The notes beneath the pieces are model-generated. The model had not been told where the DNA came from and did not search any database. It worked only from the letters and a program-made list of their open reading frames with translations. 64,000 nucleotides of DNA from Candidatus Poribacteria bacterium (lineage in GTDB: Bacteria > Poribacteria > WGA-4E > PCPOR2b), in contig OZ242326.1 of the NCBI GenBank assembly GCA_965208325.1, positions 2,976,001 through 3,040,000 on the forward strand, read 5' to 3'. Of this stretch, positions 31,787 through 40,789 are shown in pieces; position 1 is the first letter of the stretch; every line of letters begins with the position of its first letter. The translations under genes and the position numbers were made by a program.

Positions 31787-32650
31787 ATGCCTACAGGAAA
31801 CGGTACATCGTTAGCAAAAATTGAAGCAAATCGACGAAACGCACAAAAATCCACTGGACCCAAGACCATAGCGGGCAAAGAGAAATCAAAGATGAACGCC
31901 CTAAAACACGGGCTCGTCGCGCAAGCCACGGTGATTCCGGTCGGAGAAGCCAAGGAGGACGACACCGAATTCACACAGTTGTTGGATCGCGTCATGGCGG
32001 AGTTGGAACCCCAAGGCTTCATTGAGGAGATGTTAACCGAAAGAATCGCAATCTGCTACTGGCGGCTCAGACGCGCCGCCTACGCCGAAGTCGGCGAAAT
32101 TCGCAAATCGTTGGACACAGTGATTGGTGACGCCTCCGAAGACGACCTCTCTCGGTTCCAACGCGCCAAATTTGAGTGCGAATCGAAACGTCCTCAACCA
32201 AAATACTTGGCTGAGTTGCAGAACACCGTTCAGGGCATACAATTCTTGATCGATTTTTTAGATGATACTCGACTTGAGTTTGAAAACACCGGCGATCTTC
32301 GTAAAGAAACACGAGACCAACTCCGGAATTACCTGGGTTATAACTATAATCCAATGAGGGATGACGATTACTTTTCCTTCCATGAATGTGATGTCGAAGA
32401 CGAAGATGAGGAATACGAAAGTAACCTCGTTCGCATGCTCGATACGCAGAAAGAGAGACTATCCGCGAAGAAAGCGTTACTCGAAGAAAATCGAAATTTG
32501 CTACATGAAATCAATGTCATCCGCACCGCTATCCCCTTAGATGTCAATCGGATAGTGCGGTACGAAGCAGCGATTGAACGTCAACTGTACAAAGCGCTGG
32601 ACAAACTAGAAGATTTGCAATGGCGTCGGAAATCGGAATCTCAAAATTAA
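31787..32650 (+). CDS. Uncharacterised protein with N-terminal 'ANRRNAQKSTGPKT..GK..SKMNALKHGL' motif
   Basis: 287 aa ORF with AAGGAG RBS; further motifs 'WRLRRA' and 'RYEAAIERQLYKAL..L..LQ'; function unknown. Confidence 0.85.
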   Translation: MPTGNGTSLAKIEANRRNAQKSTGPKTIAGKEKSKMNALKHGLVAQATVIPVGEAKEDDTEFTQLLDRVMAELEPQGFIEEMLTERIAICYWRLRRAAYAEVGEIRKSLDTVIGDASEDDLSRFQRAKFECESKRPQPKYLAELQNTVQGIQFLIDFLDDTRLEFENTGDLRKETRDQLRNYLGYNYNPMRDDDYFSFHECDVEDEDEEYESNLVRMLDTQKERLSAKKALLEENRNLLHEINVIRTAIPLDVNRIVRYEAAIERQLYKALDKLEDLQWRRKSESQN

Positions 32651-32920
32651 CTCGTTTTTACGAAACGAACCCAAAACGAAGCCAAATTACCCGACGCCAT
32701 TTTCCCTCTAACAAGGGATCAACTGAGTGGATAACGAGGCGATAGTTTGGGCACTGGTGCTTTACGAACCGCCATTTATCAGCACCCAACCGGTACAATA
32801 TCCCAACCCTCTACGCCAATGTTACGGCCTAATCACAATAGCCTCTTTTTACGAAACGAACCCAAACAAACCCAAATTTCTTGCCGCACAATTTCTCTTC
32901 TGACAGGGGATCTAATTTTT

Positions 32921-33288
32921 GTAGGTTGGGTAGAGCGATTAGGCGAGTGAATAACGAGGGATCAAGCGAACGAATAGTGAGCGCGATAGACTTCACTAGT
33001 CTTCTCCGAAACCCAACGTTTTGGAAACGTCCGGGTGCCCGGTTGACAGTTGCCGCCACCAGGCTAATCCGAATAAAAAAGGGGGTTGTTTTGTAATTGG
33101 GGTGGGGGATGGTGATTGGGAGGTGTTTGGAATGGCGGAGGTTATAAAAACTGAAGACTATCGCCTTCGCTATTCGCTCAGTTGATCGTTGGGTTTCGCT
33201 GCGTTCAGCATATCTTGCACAAAGTTAGCCTACAGAACGATTGGTTATAATGCGCATGATTAGGTGTACCCGCTCTACCCAACCTACA
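32921..33288. repeat. REPIN-like element (GTAGGTTGGGTAGAGCG..CGAAACCCAAC and its inverse)
   Basis: Inverted termini GTAGGTTGGGTAGAGCG (32921) and CGCTCTACCCAACCTAC (about 33271-33287). Confidence 0.8.
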
Positions 33289-33672
33289 AAAGCCAAATAA
33301 ATTTGCGGCGTGACAGAAGCATCTGAAACCGCTAGCCTAATCACCAAATTTTACGAAACGAACCCAAAACAAACCCAAATTTTCCATCTACAACTTCTCG
33401 CCTGCCAAGCAAGTCTTGGGAGTTAGGAATAAATTGCCGGAACACGAACGGCATTTGTTGGGTGGATACGGTTGGTGCTGGTATACGCTTTCTTCCGTTT
33501 TGTATTTTAACGAACCTTTATATCATTGCGTATACTTTCTACTTCTGGTAAAATATAATGAAGTTTGGACTATATCGCAGGACGCTGGTAGGCCTCAATG
33601 AGAATAGCTTACATCGCGCACATTCCGATACACCACATGGTAGTAGTTATTTTCACATAGGAGATTCGAAAA

Positions 33673-33900
33673 ATGGCTGATGCAATGCCCTATATTCCTT
33701 TTCATCGTGTGAAGGATTGGAAATCTGGCGATAGAATCACCGTGGACGGTAATCCAGGGAAAATCCATGATATTGCTCAATTTGAAAATCCTTCAGGTTC
33801 CGGAGAAAAAATTGCGTCCATCGGTGTGGAATACGACAATGAACCTGGCGTTATTAGACTCGTTGACTTTGATATCCACCAACTCGAACTTGGACGTTAA
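33673..33900 (+). CDS. Small hypothetical protein, possibly SH3/KOW-like beta-barrel
   Basis: 75 aa with AGGAGA RBS; 'KSGDRITVDGNPGKI...IGVEYD' pattern. Confidence 0.65.
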   Translation: MADAMPYIPFHRVKDWKSGDRITVDGNPGKIHDIAQFENPSGSGEKIASIGVEYDNEPGVIRLVDFDIHQLELGR

Positions 33901-34035
33901 CAACTACCAACCACTCTCGCCAAAGATGACATCTCCCCCAAAGCCTTTCACATTGAGAGCGGTGTCTGTGGCATATACCCAATCTTCCTACCGTTAGAGT
34001 GAACTGCCTGACTATATTATTCGACAGGAATTGAA

Positions 34036-34917
34036 GTGGAACAGCAAAATCAAGCCATATTAACCACAGAGTTATCGGAGCAGATTGTCGCCTGCACTTT
34101 TTCTAAAGCAGATTTACAATCCCTCTGTGAAAAACTGCAAGAGTCGAGTTACGAAGCAGCGGAGGAAGAAATAAACCACTATATGCCGCTAGATCGACCG
34201 CCGGAACAAATCCTCGCAGATAGAGAAACGCTTCGATCAGGATTTGAACTACATGTAGCTGTACGAGGAATTGGCGACAAACAAGTTGTTGGAACAATTC
34301 CAGTGGTGTTTAATTCTCCTCGTTTTCCGGAGAAAGTAAAGGGTCTTTACATTGACAGTGCCATAAATTTAAAAAATTTGTACAATTGGTCTCCGAGAAA
34401 TCATTTCGAGTTGATTCTGGATTTTACTAAACCCGAACCGTTCAATCTATCACTTTCGCCTTCTGCGCCCACCCCAAATGGCAGCAATATTTTTGTTTCT
34501 GGGCGAAATGAAACTTGGGTTAATGGAGTTTACCATGCTGTAATGGAATTCGTCAAAAACAGGAAGACGCGCCGGCGATTTCTTCACAAACGTGGCATTT
34601 ATGATGTGCTTGTAATCTTTATAGGATTTCCATTCGCGTTTTGGATTACATTCAGGTTATCTGAATGGATAAACAGTTTGTTCGATGGCTTCTCGGTCTT
34701 TGTTCGAAATGGGGCGTATGTTTTTCTATTTCTGGTGTCGCTAAATATATTCAAAGCATTGTTTGACTACGCCAGATGGACGTTTCCGATTTTAGAGTAT
34801 AAGGGCGCCACGGACACTGCTCGAAAACATAGATATTTTCTGGGGACCCTAGCCATAGCGGTATTTGGGAATTTCCTCTATGATTTGATTAAGAGTATGG
34901 CCGCCCTAATCCAGTAG
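34036..34917 (+). CDS. Hypothetical protein: soluble N-terminal domain plus three C-terminal TM helices
   Basis: 293 aa AT-rich ORF; three hydrophobic segments in the last 110 aa. Confidence 0.8.
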   Translation: MEQQNQAILTTELSEQIVACTFSKADLQSLCEKLQESSYEAAEEEINHYMPLDRPPEQILADRETLRSGFELHVAVRGIGDKQVVGTIPVVFNSPRFPEKVKGLYIDSAINLKNLYNWSPRNHFELILDFTKPEPFNLSLSPSAPTPNGSNIFVSGRNETWVNGVYHAVMEFVKNRKTRRRFLHKRGIYDVLVIFIGFPFAFWITFRLSEWINSLFDGFSVFVRNGAYVFLFLVSLNIFKALFDYARWTFPILEYKGATDTARKHRYFLGTLAIAVFGNFLYDLIKSMAALIQ

Positions 34918-35296
34918 AATCCCCCCAGACTTTTTTAGAAATTCAAATTCAAAGCGTACACACCATCCCATCTGAATGGCTATCACCGCATGCGAGTAGC
35001 CCATCTCGGTTTGCTAACTCTAACCGGCGAAAACACTTCTCCTACGCCCTCTTGGAATCCAAACCCATTCAACGTAAACGTCAACCTACCGTAAGCGACG
35101 TGTACTTACGCCACAAGCCGGGAAGGGAACCTCCTTCCCCCGCTACAAATTTACAGAGTTTTGCAAGGCGTAAGGTAAAAAAGGATACATTTTTGCCAAA
35201 CGAACCCAATTTCTTCGAGCGCACAATCTCACGGAGAAAACATACCCCACACATTCCCCCGTTCCAATGCCGGCGATGCCTCTTTAGAACATTTTC

Positions 35297-36550
35297 ATGA
35301 CCCCAATCCAAAAATCAGCCCAACCCCATGAAAAACGCAATTTCATTGTATTCGTTGTGAATCAGATTTTCGTGCGTATCGGCTGGATATTTAAGACCGA
35401 AACGGTGGTCATGCCCGGCTTTCTCGATACGCATACCCCATCGGGCGTCATACGCGGATTCCTGCCGCTTATCGCCCGAGTCGGACAGAGCTTGCCCCAG
35501 TTTCTCATCGCACACCAAGTTTCAAAGATGCCCAGAAAACAGGCTGTGTTTATAGGGTCAGCGTTCGGCATCATGATCCCTTGGCTCGTTTTGGCGATGA
35601 CACTGGGGTTGACTGGTTATGCGGGAAATGTCATCGTAGGGTTCTTTCTGGCATCATACACAATGCACTGGCTAATGCTCGGCTGCAACATGCTCGCAAA
35701 CGGCACCCTGCAGGGCAAACTAATCCGCGCTGAAAGACGCGGGCGAATCCTGGCTTATGGCAACACCATCGGGTGCATGCTTGCGATTGCGGCTTTCTGG
35801 TTGGCCGCGCCGTACTGGCTGCGCGAAGGAAACACGAATTATGCCTGGATATTCGGAACCACCGGCGGCTTCTTCGGTCTCGCCGCATATGCCGGCTTGT
35901 ATTTCCGCGAACCGCCAGACGCAACCGTACAGGAATCTTCCCCCCTACTTAAGTTTCTCGGTTCTGGCTTGATGCTGGTACGCCGTGACCGGGACTTTCG
36001 CAGGCTGGCAGTGGTAATCCTTCTATTCTACGTCGTTTGGTTGCTTTTCCCGCACTACACCGTTTTCGGGATGCGCAGGTTGGGATTGGCGCCCGGGAAC
36101 TTTTTCACGTTAATCGCCGTTCAGAATACAATAAACGCGTTGAGTTCTGGGGTGATGGGCAATCTAGCCGATCAGCGGGGAAACCGGTTTGTGCTGCGAA
36201 TGCTCATTTTCATCGGCGCCTTAGCCCCATTGGCGGCTATCTTTATTAGCCGGTTAGCCATAGGCGCGGACCTCTATTGGATTGTGTACGCTTTTCTTGG
36301 ATTCATTCCCGTTTCGAATCGTGTTGTCATAAACTACACCCTGGAGATTGCTCCGCAACAAAAACACCCGCAATACTTGGGAGTCATGAGTCTCTTCCAA
36401 GCGCTCCCGTTGTGCGCGTCGCCTCTGCTCGGGCTGCTGATTGACCGACTCTCTTTTGAACCTGTATTTGTCTTCTGCTCGTTAATCACCTTGTGGGCAG
36501 TCTTCCTAACCTTCCGCTTGAGTGAACCTAGATTCGCTCACAATGCTTAG
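35297..36550 (+). CDS. MFS transporter (paralogue 1)
   Basis: About 12 hydrophobic segments; 'GNLADQRGNR' MFS motif A. Confidence 0.88.
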   Translation: MTPIQKSAQPHEKRNFIVFVVNQIFVRIGWIFKTETVVMPGFLDTHTPSGVIRGFLPLIARVGQSLPQFLIAHQVSKMPRKQAVFIGSAFGIMIPWLVLAMTLGLTGYAGNVIVGFFLASYTMHWLMLGCNMLANGTLQGKLIRAERRGRILAYGNTIGCMLAIAAFWLAAPYWLREGNTNYAWIFGTTGGFFGLAAYAGLYFREPPDATVQESSPLLKFLGSGLMLVRRDRDFRRLAVVILLFYVVWLLFPHYTVFGMRRLGLAPGNFFTLIAVQNTINALSSGVMGNLADQRGNRFVLRMLIFIGALAPLAAIFISRLAIGADLYWIVYAFLGFIPVSNRVVINYTLEIAPQQKHPQYLGVMSLFQALPLCASPLLGLLIDRLSFEPVFVFCSLITLWAVFLTFRLSEPRFAHNA

Positions 36551-36564
36551 CTTTTGTGGCTTTT

Positions 36565-36668
36565 GTAGGTTGGGTAGAGCGGCATTCATGAAAAGCGCAT
36601 TTTAGGGCGAATCGGTTCCGGGCACTAAGGCGATTTGAAACTTAATACCATGTAACGAAACCCAACGT
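36565..36668. repeat. REP-like element between the duplicated MFS genes
   Basis: GTAGGTTGGGTAGAGCGG...CGAAACCCAACG. Confidence 0.7.
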
Positions 36669-36833
36669 TTTTCTTGTCTCAACGGGTTGATGATGTGAGA
36701 AGTACGTTCGACGCTCGAAATTGCCGAATTGGTCGACAGACTTTAAAAGTGTTGATGCCCGCACACCTACAAAGTAAACGAGTACCGCCAATTCCCATAA
36801 AATTAGACGGCGAGACCGCTTCGGGACATTTTT

Positions 36834-38105
36834 ATGAACAATATTGAAAATTCATCTCAACCCCATGAAAAACACAACTTCATGGTATTCGTCGTGAATC
36901 AGGTATTGGTGCGCATCGGCTGGATATTCAAGAACGAAACTGCCATTATTCCACGATTCCTTGAACTACACAGCCCGTCCGGAGTCATACGCGGGTTCCT
37001 CCCGCTTATCTTTGGACTCGGGCAAAGTCTGCCCCTGTTTCTCATCGCGCACCCGGTTTCAAAGATGACTAGAAAAAAGGGTGTGTTCGTAATCTCCGCG
37101 TTCGGCAACGCCCTCCCCTGGTTGGTTCTGGCGTTGATATTGGGATTGTCAGATTTCGCTGGTCCTGTCGTCGTAGGTATCTTTTTGGTATCACACACAC
37201 TGAGCTGGTTGATGATGGGGTGTAATCGGCTCGCCATCGGCGTCCTGCAAGGAAAGTTAATCCGCGTCGATCAGCGCGGGCGGCTGTTAGCTTATGACAA
37301 TTCCATCGGCTGCCTACTTGCGGTTGCCGCTTTTTGGCTGGTCATGCCGCATTGGCTGCGAGAAGGAAACACGCATTATGCGTGGATTTTTGGCACCGCC
37401 GGGGGCTTCTTCGGTCTTGCCGCGTGCGCCAGTTTCTATTTTCGGGAGACGCCGGACTGGTATTCTTGGGAACCATCCGGCTCATCTGCGCCTCCCTCTT
37501 TTGCCAAGTTTCTTAGTTCGGGATTGATGCTGGTACGTTATGACCGGAACTTTCGCACACTCGCGGTAGTTATTGTGTTGTTCCATCTCGCTTGGCTGCT
37601 TTTCCCGCACTACACGGTATTTGGGATGCGGAGATTGGGACTGGCGCCCGCGAACTTCTTTGTCATAATTTCTGTACAGAACGTCGTAACCGCGTTCGGT
37701 TCTTGGGCGATGGGAAACTTAGCCGATCGGCGAGGCAACCGGCTTGTGCTGCGTATTTTAGTTTTCATCGGCGTTTTCGCTCCTTTGTCAGCAATTGCTA
37801 TCAGCCGGCTGCCCATGGGAGCTGACCTTTATTGGTTTGTGTTCGCGTTTCTGGGATTTTTTCCGGCATTCAATCGTGTTATAATGAACTACACGCTTGA
37901 GATCGCGCCGCGCGCCAAGCACTCGCAATATCTGGGTGTGATAAATTTAATCCAAGCCTGCTCGCTTTTCGCATCCCCGCTGATTGGGCTTCTAATCGAC
38001 CGGCTCTCATTTGAACCCGTGTTTATTTCCGGCGCCGTATTGGCGCTTACGGCAGGATTACTGACCTTCTGGTTGGCTGAACCCAGACACTCTCGGATTT
38101 TTTAG
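36834..38105 (+). CDS. MFS transporter (paralogue 2)
   Basis: Colinear with and highly similar to 35297-36550; 'GNLADRRGNR'. Confidence 0.88.
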   Translation: MNNIENSSQPHEKHNFMVFVVNQVLVRIGWIFKNETAIIPRFLELHSPSGVIRGFLPLIFGLGQSLPLFLIAHPVSKMTRKKGVFVISAFGNALPWLVLALILGLSDFAGPVVVGIFLVSHTLSWLMMGCNRLAIGVLQGKLIRVDQRGRLLAYDNSIGCLLAVAAFWLVMPHWLREGNTHYAWIFGTAGGFFGLAACASFYFRETPDWYSWEPSGSSAPPSFAKFLSSGLMLVRYDRNFRTLAVVIVLFHLAWLLFPHYTVFGMRRLGLAPANFFVIISVQNVVTAFGSWAMGNLADRRGNRLVLRILVFIGVFAPLSAIAISRLPMGADLYWFVFAFLGFFPAFNRVIMNYTLEIAPRAKHSQYLGVINLIQACSLFASPLIGLLIDRLSFEPVFISGAVLALTAGLLTFWLAEPRHSRIF

Positions 38106-38279
38106 CCGCCGCCAAACCAAAATTTCCCGCACCGATTCTCAGCACCATTTTACATCCGAAATTGCTTAACCGCTGTTTTGCAATGATATGCAAAGTTTGT
38201 TTTGCCCAAGCCGCCTTGTTAGTGTTATTATAAGAAGAATTGAGATACCAGCACATATTCCAATTTTGGAGTTTCCAAA

Positions 38280-39158
38280 ATGAAAAAGGGGAGTCGCCCT
38301 GAAACCCATCCCGTCCTGCAATCGAGGCTTAGTTTTGTTGAGCGGCGAATGCATCGGGCGCGCCGGCAGCTCAAACGGAGAACGCGGCGCGCATTGGTGC
38401 CGCTTGACATTCAAGAATCCGTCGGTATTTCCCAAATCAAAGGAGATGTGCTAATCGTCAGCGACAATCCTCACATACAACAAAAGGTTGAGACGACGTT
38501 GCAGTCCGAAACCTATCAATGCGATATCGCCCAAAATGGAATCGAAGCCATCGGGTATATGAAGTTGGGAAATTACCGAATGGTCGTGTTGGATCGAACC
38601 CGCCGCGGACGGTCTCAGGTTTTCCGCTACATCGAACGCTACCGTCCGCATATCAAGGTAATCTCGATAGTAAATGACGAGAACCGCGCGCGGGAATCCA
38701 TGGCGTTCGGCGGATATAGTTTTCTGTTGGGCACTGAATTTGATCCGGAGCAGTTGCGGACGTGCCTAACCAGTTCCCTTCAACTCAATCACCGGGTATG
38801 CCATATCTTGGCAAGCGGACAGCCGTGCAACCGTTCCTGCATCAACAACTATCAATGGGCAACCGATTTCCAAGAAATGCAATACGAAAGACAGCTCGCG
38901 AGAGAAACGGAACCCGAAATCGAAATGAGCCACGTAGACCAAGAAATTGATGACGTCGATCCCCTTCAAACCGAGCAATCCGATTTCTTCGAAGAACTGG
39001 AGGAAGTGCATGACGAGGAGTTGATGGAAGTCGAGGAGGAGGAGATAGAAAAAATCCAAGAGGAGCGGATGGAGGAATTCGAACAAGAGGACGCTAAAGA
39101 GGAAGAGTCTTTGGAGCTAACCGGCGATGATTCCTCCTCCGAACAAAACGGCAACTAG
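38280..39158 (+). CDS. Receiver-like domain protein with Cys cluster and acidic tail
   Basis: 'VLIVSD..AQNGIEAI..VVLD' REC pattern; 'C.......PCNRSC'; Glu/Asp-rich C-terminus. Confidence 0.65.
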   Translation: MKKGSRPETHPVLQSRLSFVERRMHRARRQLKRRTRRALVPLDIQESVGISQIKGDVLIVSDNPHIQQKVETTLQSETYQCDIAQNGIEAIGYMKLGNYRMVVLDRTRRGRSQVFRYIERYRPHIKVISIVNDENRARESMAFGGYSFLLGTEFDPEQLRTCLTSSLQLNHRVCHILASGQPCNRSCINNYQWATDFQEMQYERQLARETEPEIEMSHVDQEIDDVDPLQTEQSDFFEELEEVHDEELMEVEEEEIEKIQEERMEEFEQEDAKEEESLELTGDDSSSEQNGN

Positions 39159-39295
39159 ACGAGGTTGCCCGTTTTACACTTATGACTTACGCAAAACAAA
39201 GCAGCAGGCACACTCCGTGTGCCGTAATTCGTATTTATTGCACTGAAGCGCGTAATTCAAAAACTGAACCAATCAGACAGGAAGGAACGACCAAC

Positions 39296-40633
39296 ATGAG
39301 CACGCCAGCCAAGCCCTTCGTATTCGTTACACTCCAAGGCCCCGACGACGGCGGAGACTTTGGCCCAAATACATCCGGAACGAAAACCGGCGGCATTCAG
39401 GAAGCCCTCGACTACGCGCATAAACACTGCCGAGATGTCTATATTGTGGGCGGACGCGGCGGCACACATGAAGGTGAAGGTATTCCGGACAACATCTATA
39501 CGCTCGACGAGACCTTACGCGTGCCGTGGAGCCAGGATTTCAAGGTCGACAGTGGCAATCCCCTTCTCTATTACCGCAAGGAAAGCGGGCACGCAATTGA
39601 AATCGACAGCCAGATGAATTGCCGGTACAAGTTCGGTCTCATCGCCTCAAACTCCTGCGATGCTGTCGTTTGCATCAAGCCCAAATCCCCGGGACCCGAC
39701 GATATGAAGGTTGTTACCGCCTGCGTATTCGACTTTTCGGCAATCGTCACCGGGCACCCGGATTCAGATGCGCTCCTGATTGATTCGTCCGAAGGCATGA
39801 TTGTCAACAGCAAAATCTTTGCCGAGGAGACGAATACAATAAAGTGCGGCGTCCATCTTACCGACAACGGCGGAACTGGGCAATGGATTAGCAACAACCA
39901 AATTGAAGTAATGTTCGGGAATCAGATGCACTCGAAGGGCGACTGCACCGGTCTGCAACTCGGCGAAGCCGGCTCGGCGAAAATCGTCCATAACCGGTTT
40001 GACATGTCCTTCCACGCACCGAGAGGCGCACATTTCGATCCTGAAAAGGAGCATCTTCCCAGTACGGCAGAGCGGCTGGTTACGCTGGATAACTTCACGC
40101 CGCCTAACGCAGTCGGCGCCGACATCCACGCCCAGCGAAACATGCTCACCCTCTCATTTTTCGGCCTTCGCGCGCCCGGCACCGATATCATCTTCCAGCC
40201 GGACGCCAGAGACAATACGGTCTTGGCGATGACGCTGCCCAACGGCGTCACCAACAATGCAACCTCGCCAACGAATCGCATCATCCCCAATTGGCCCGTG
40301 GGATTCGACGTTACGACACCGGAATTCCCCGCTTCGGGAGAACCGCTCGTAAACGCTACGTCCTATGCCGTACAAATCATCATTCTCACGGCGGGCGAAA
40401 TCGACCGGTGGACAATCACGGACGCGGGCAGTACACCTCAGACCACGCCTTACAATCTCAGCCTAGTGGACAATCTCATGCGTCCGCCGCGACCCATGCA
40501 GCCGCCGCGCCAATCGGAATCGGAAACTATTACCGGCGGCCTCTTCCCGGGCCAAACGCTCATTCTAAAACCCGGTGAACAGATTAGCTTCGATTACTCG
40601 AAACCGGCAACCTGGCGTTGGATGGCGCTCTGA
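39296..40633 (+). CDS. Hypothetical protein, possible pectin-lyase-like beta-helix
   Basis: 'TGGIQEALDYA' N-cap followed by Asn/Gly-rich beta repeats. Confidence 0.65.
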   Translation: MSTPAKPFVFVTLQGPDDGGDFGPNTSGTKTGGIQEALDYAHKHCRDVYIVGGRGGTHEGEGIPDNIYTLDETLRVPWSQDFKVDSGNPLLYYRKESGHAIEIDSQMNCRYKFGLIASNSCDAVVCIKPKSPGPDDMKVVTACVFDFSAIVTGHPDSDALLIDSSEGMIVNSKIFAEETNTIKCGVHLTDNGGTGQWISNNQIEVMFGNQMHSKGDCTGLQLGEAGSAKIVHNRFDMSFHAPRGAHFDPEKEHLPSTAERLVTLDNFTPPNAVGADIHAQRNMLTLSFFGLRAPGTDIIFQPDARDNTVLAMTLPNGVTNNATSPTNRIIPNWPVGFDVTTPEFPASGEPLVNATSYAVQIIILTAGEIDRWTITDAGSTPQTTPYNLSLVDNLMRPPRPMQPPRQSESETITGGLFPGQTLILKPGEQISFDYSKPATWRWMAL

Positions 40634-40789
40634 TGACGCCGATCGGGGATTCGACCGCTCGCGCCAATACCCATCCCTCACTCCCTAATCAGTGGCGTTT
40701 GATTGTGCTTGCAATCCTTTAGTGATGAGGCAATACCCAGGGAAAGAGTTGCTACTTTGCCGGCAACATCGGCTTGAAACCTACGTATC

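Larger units (their letters stand above)
32655..35230 (+). repeat. Four dispersed direct repeats TTTT(A/G)C(G/C)AAACGAACCCAA...
   Basis: Copies start at 32655, 32846, 33349 and 35190; similarity extends about 25 bp downstream (e.g. TTTCTT..GCACAAT.TC in copies 2 and 4). Confidence 0.85.

Noticed and set aside
32655..35230. CRISPR array
   Set aside because: Spacing is irregular (191-1841 bp), repeats are degenerate and non-palindromic, and no cas genes are present.
21327..35296. Prophage or integrative element
   Set aside because: No integrase, structural, replication or conjugation genes and no att duplication were seen.
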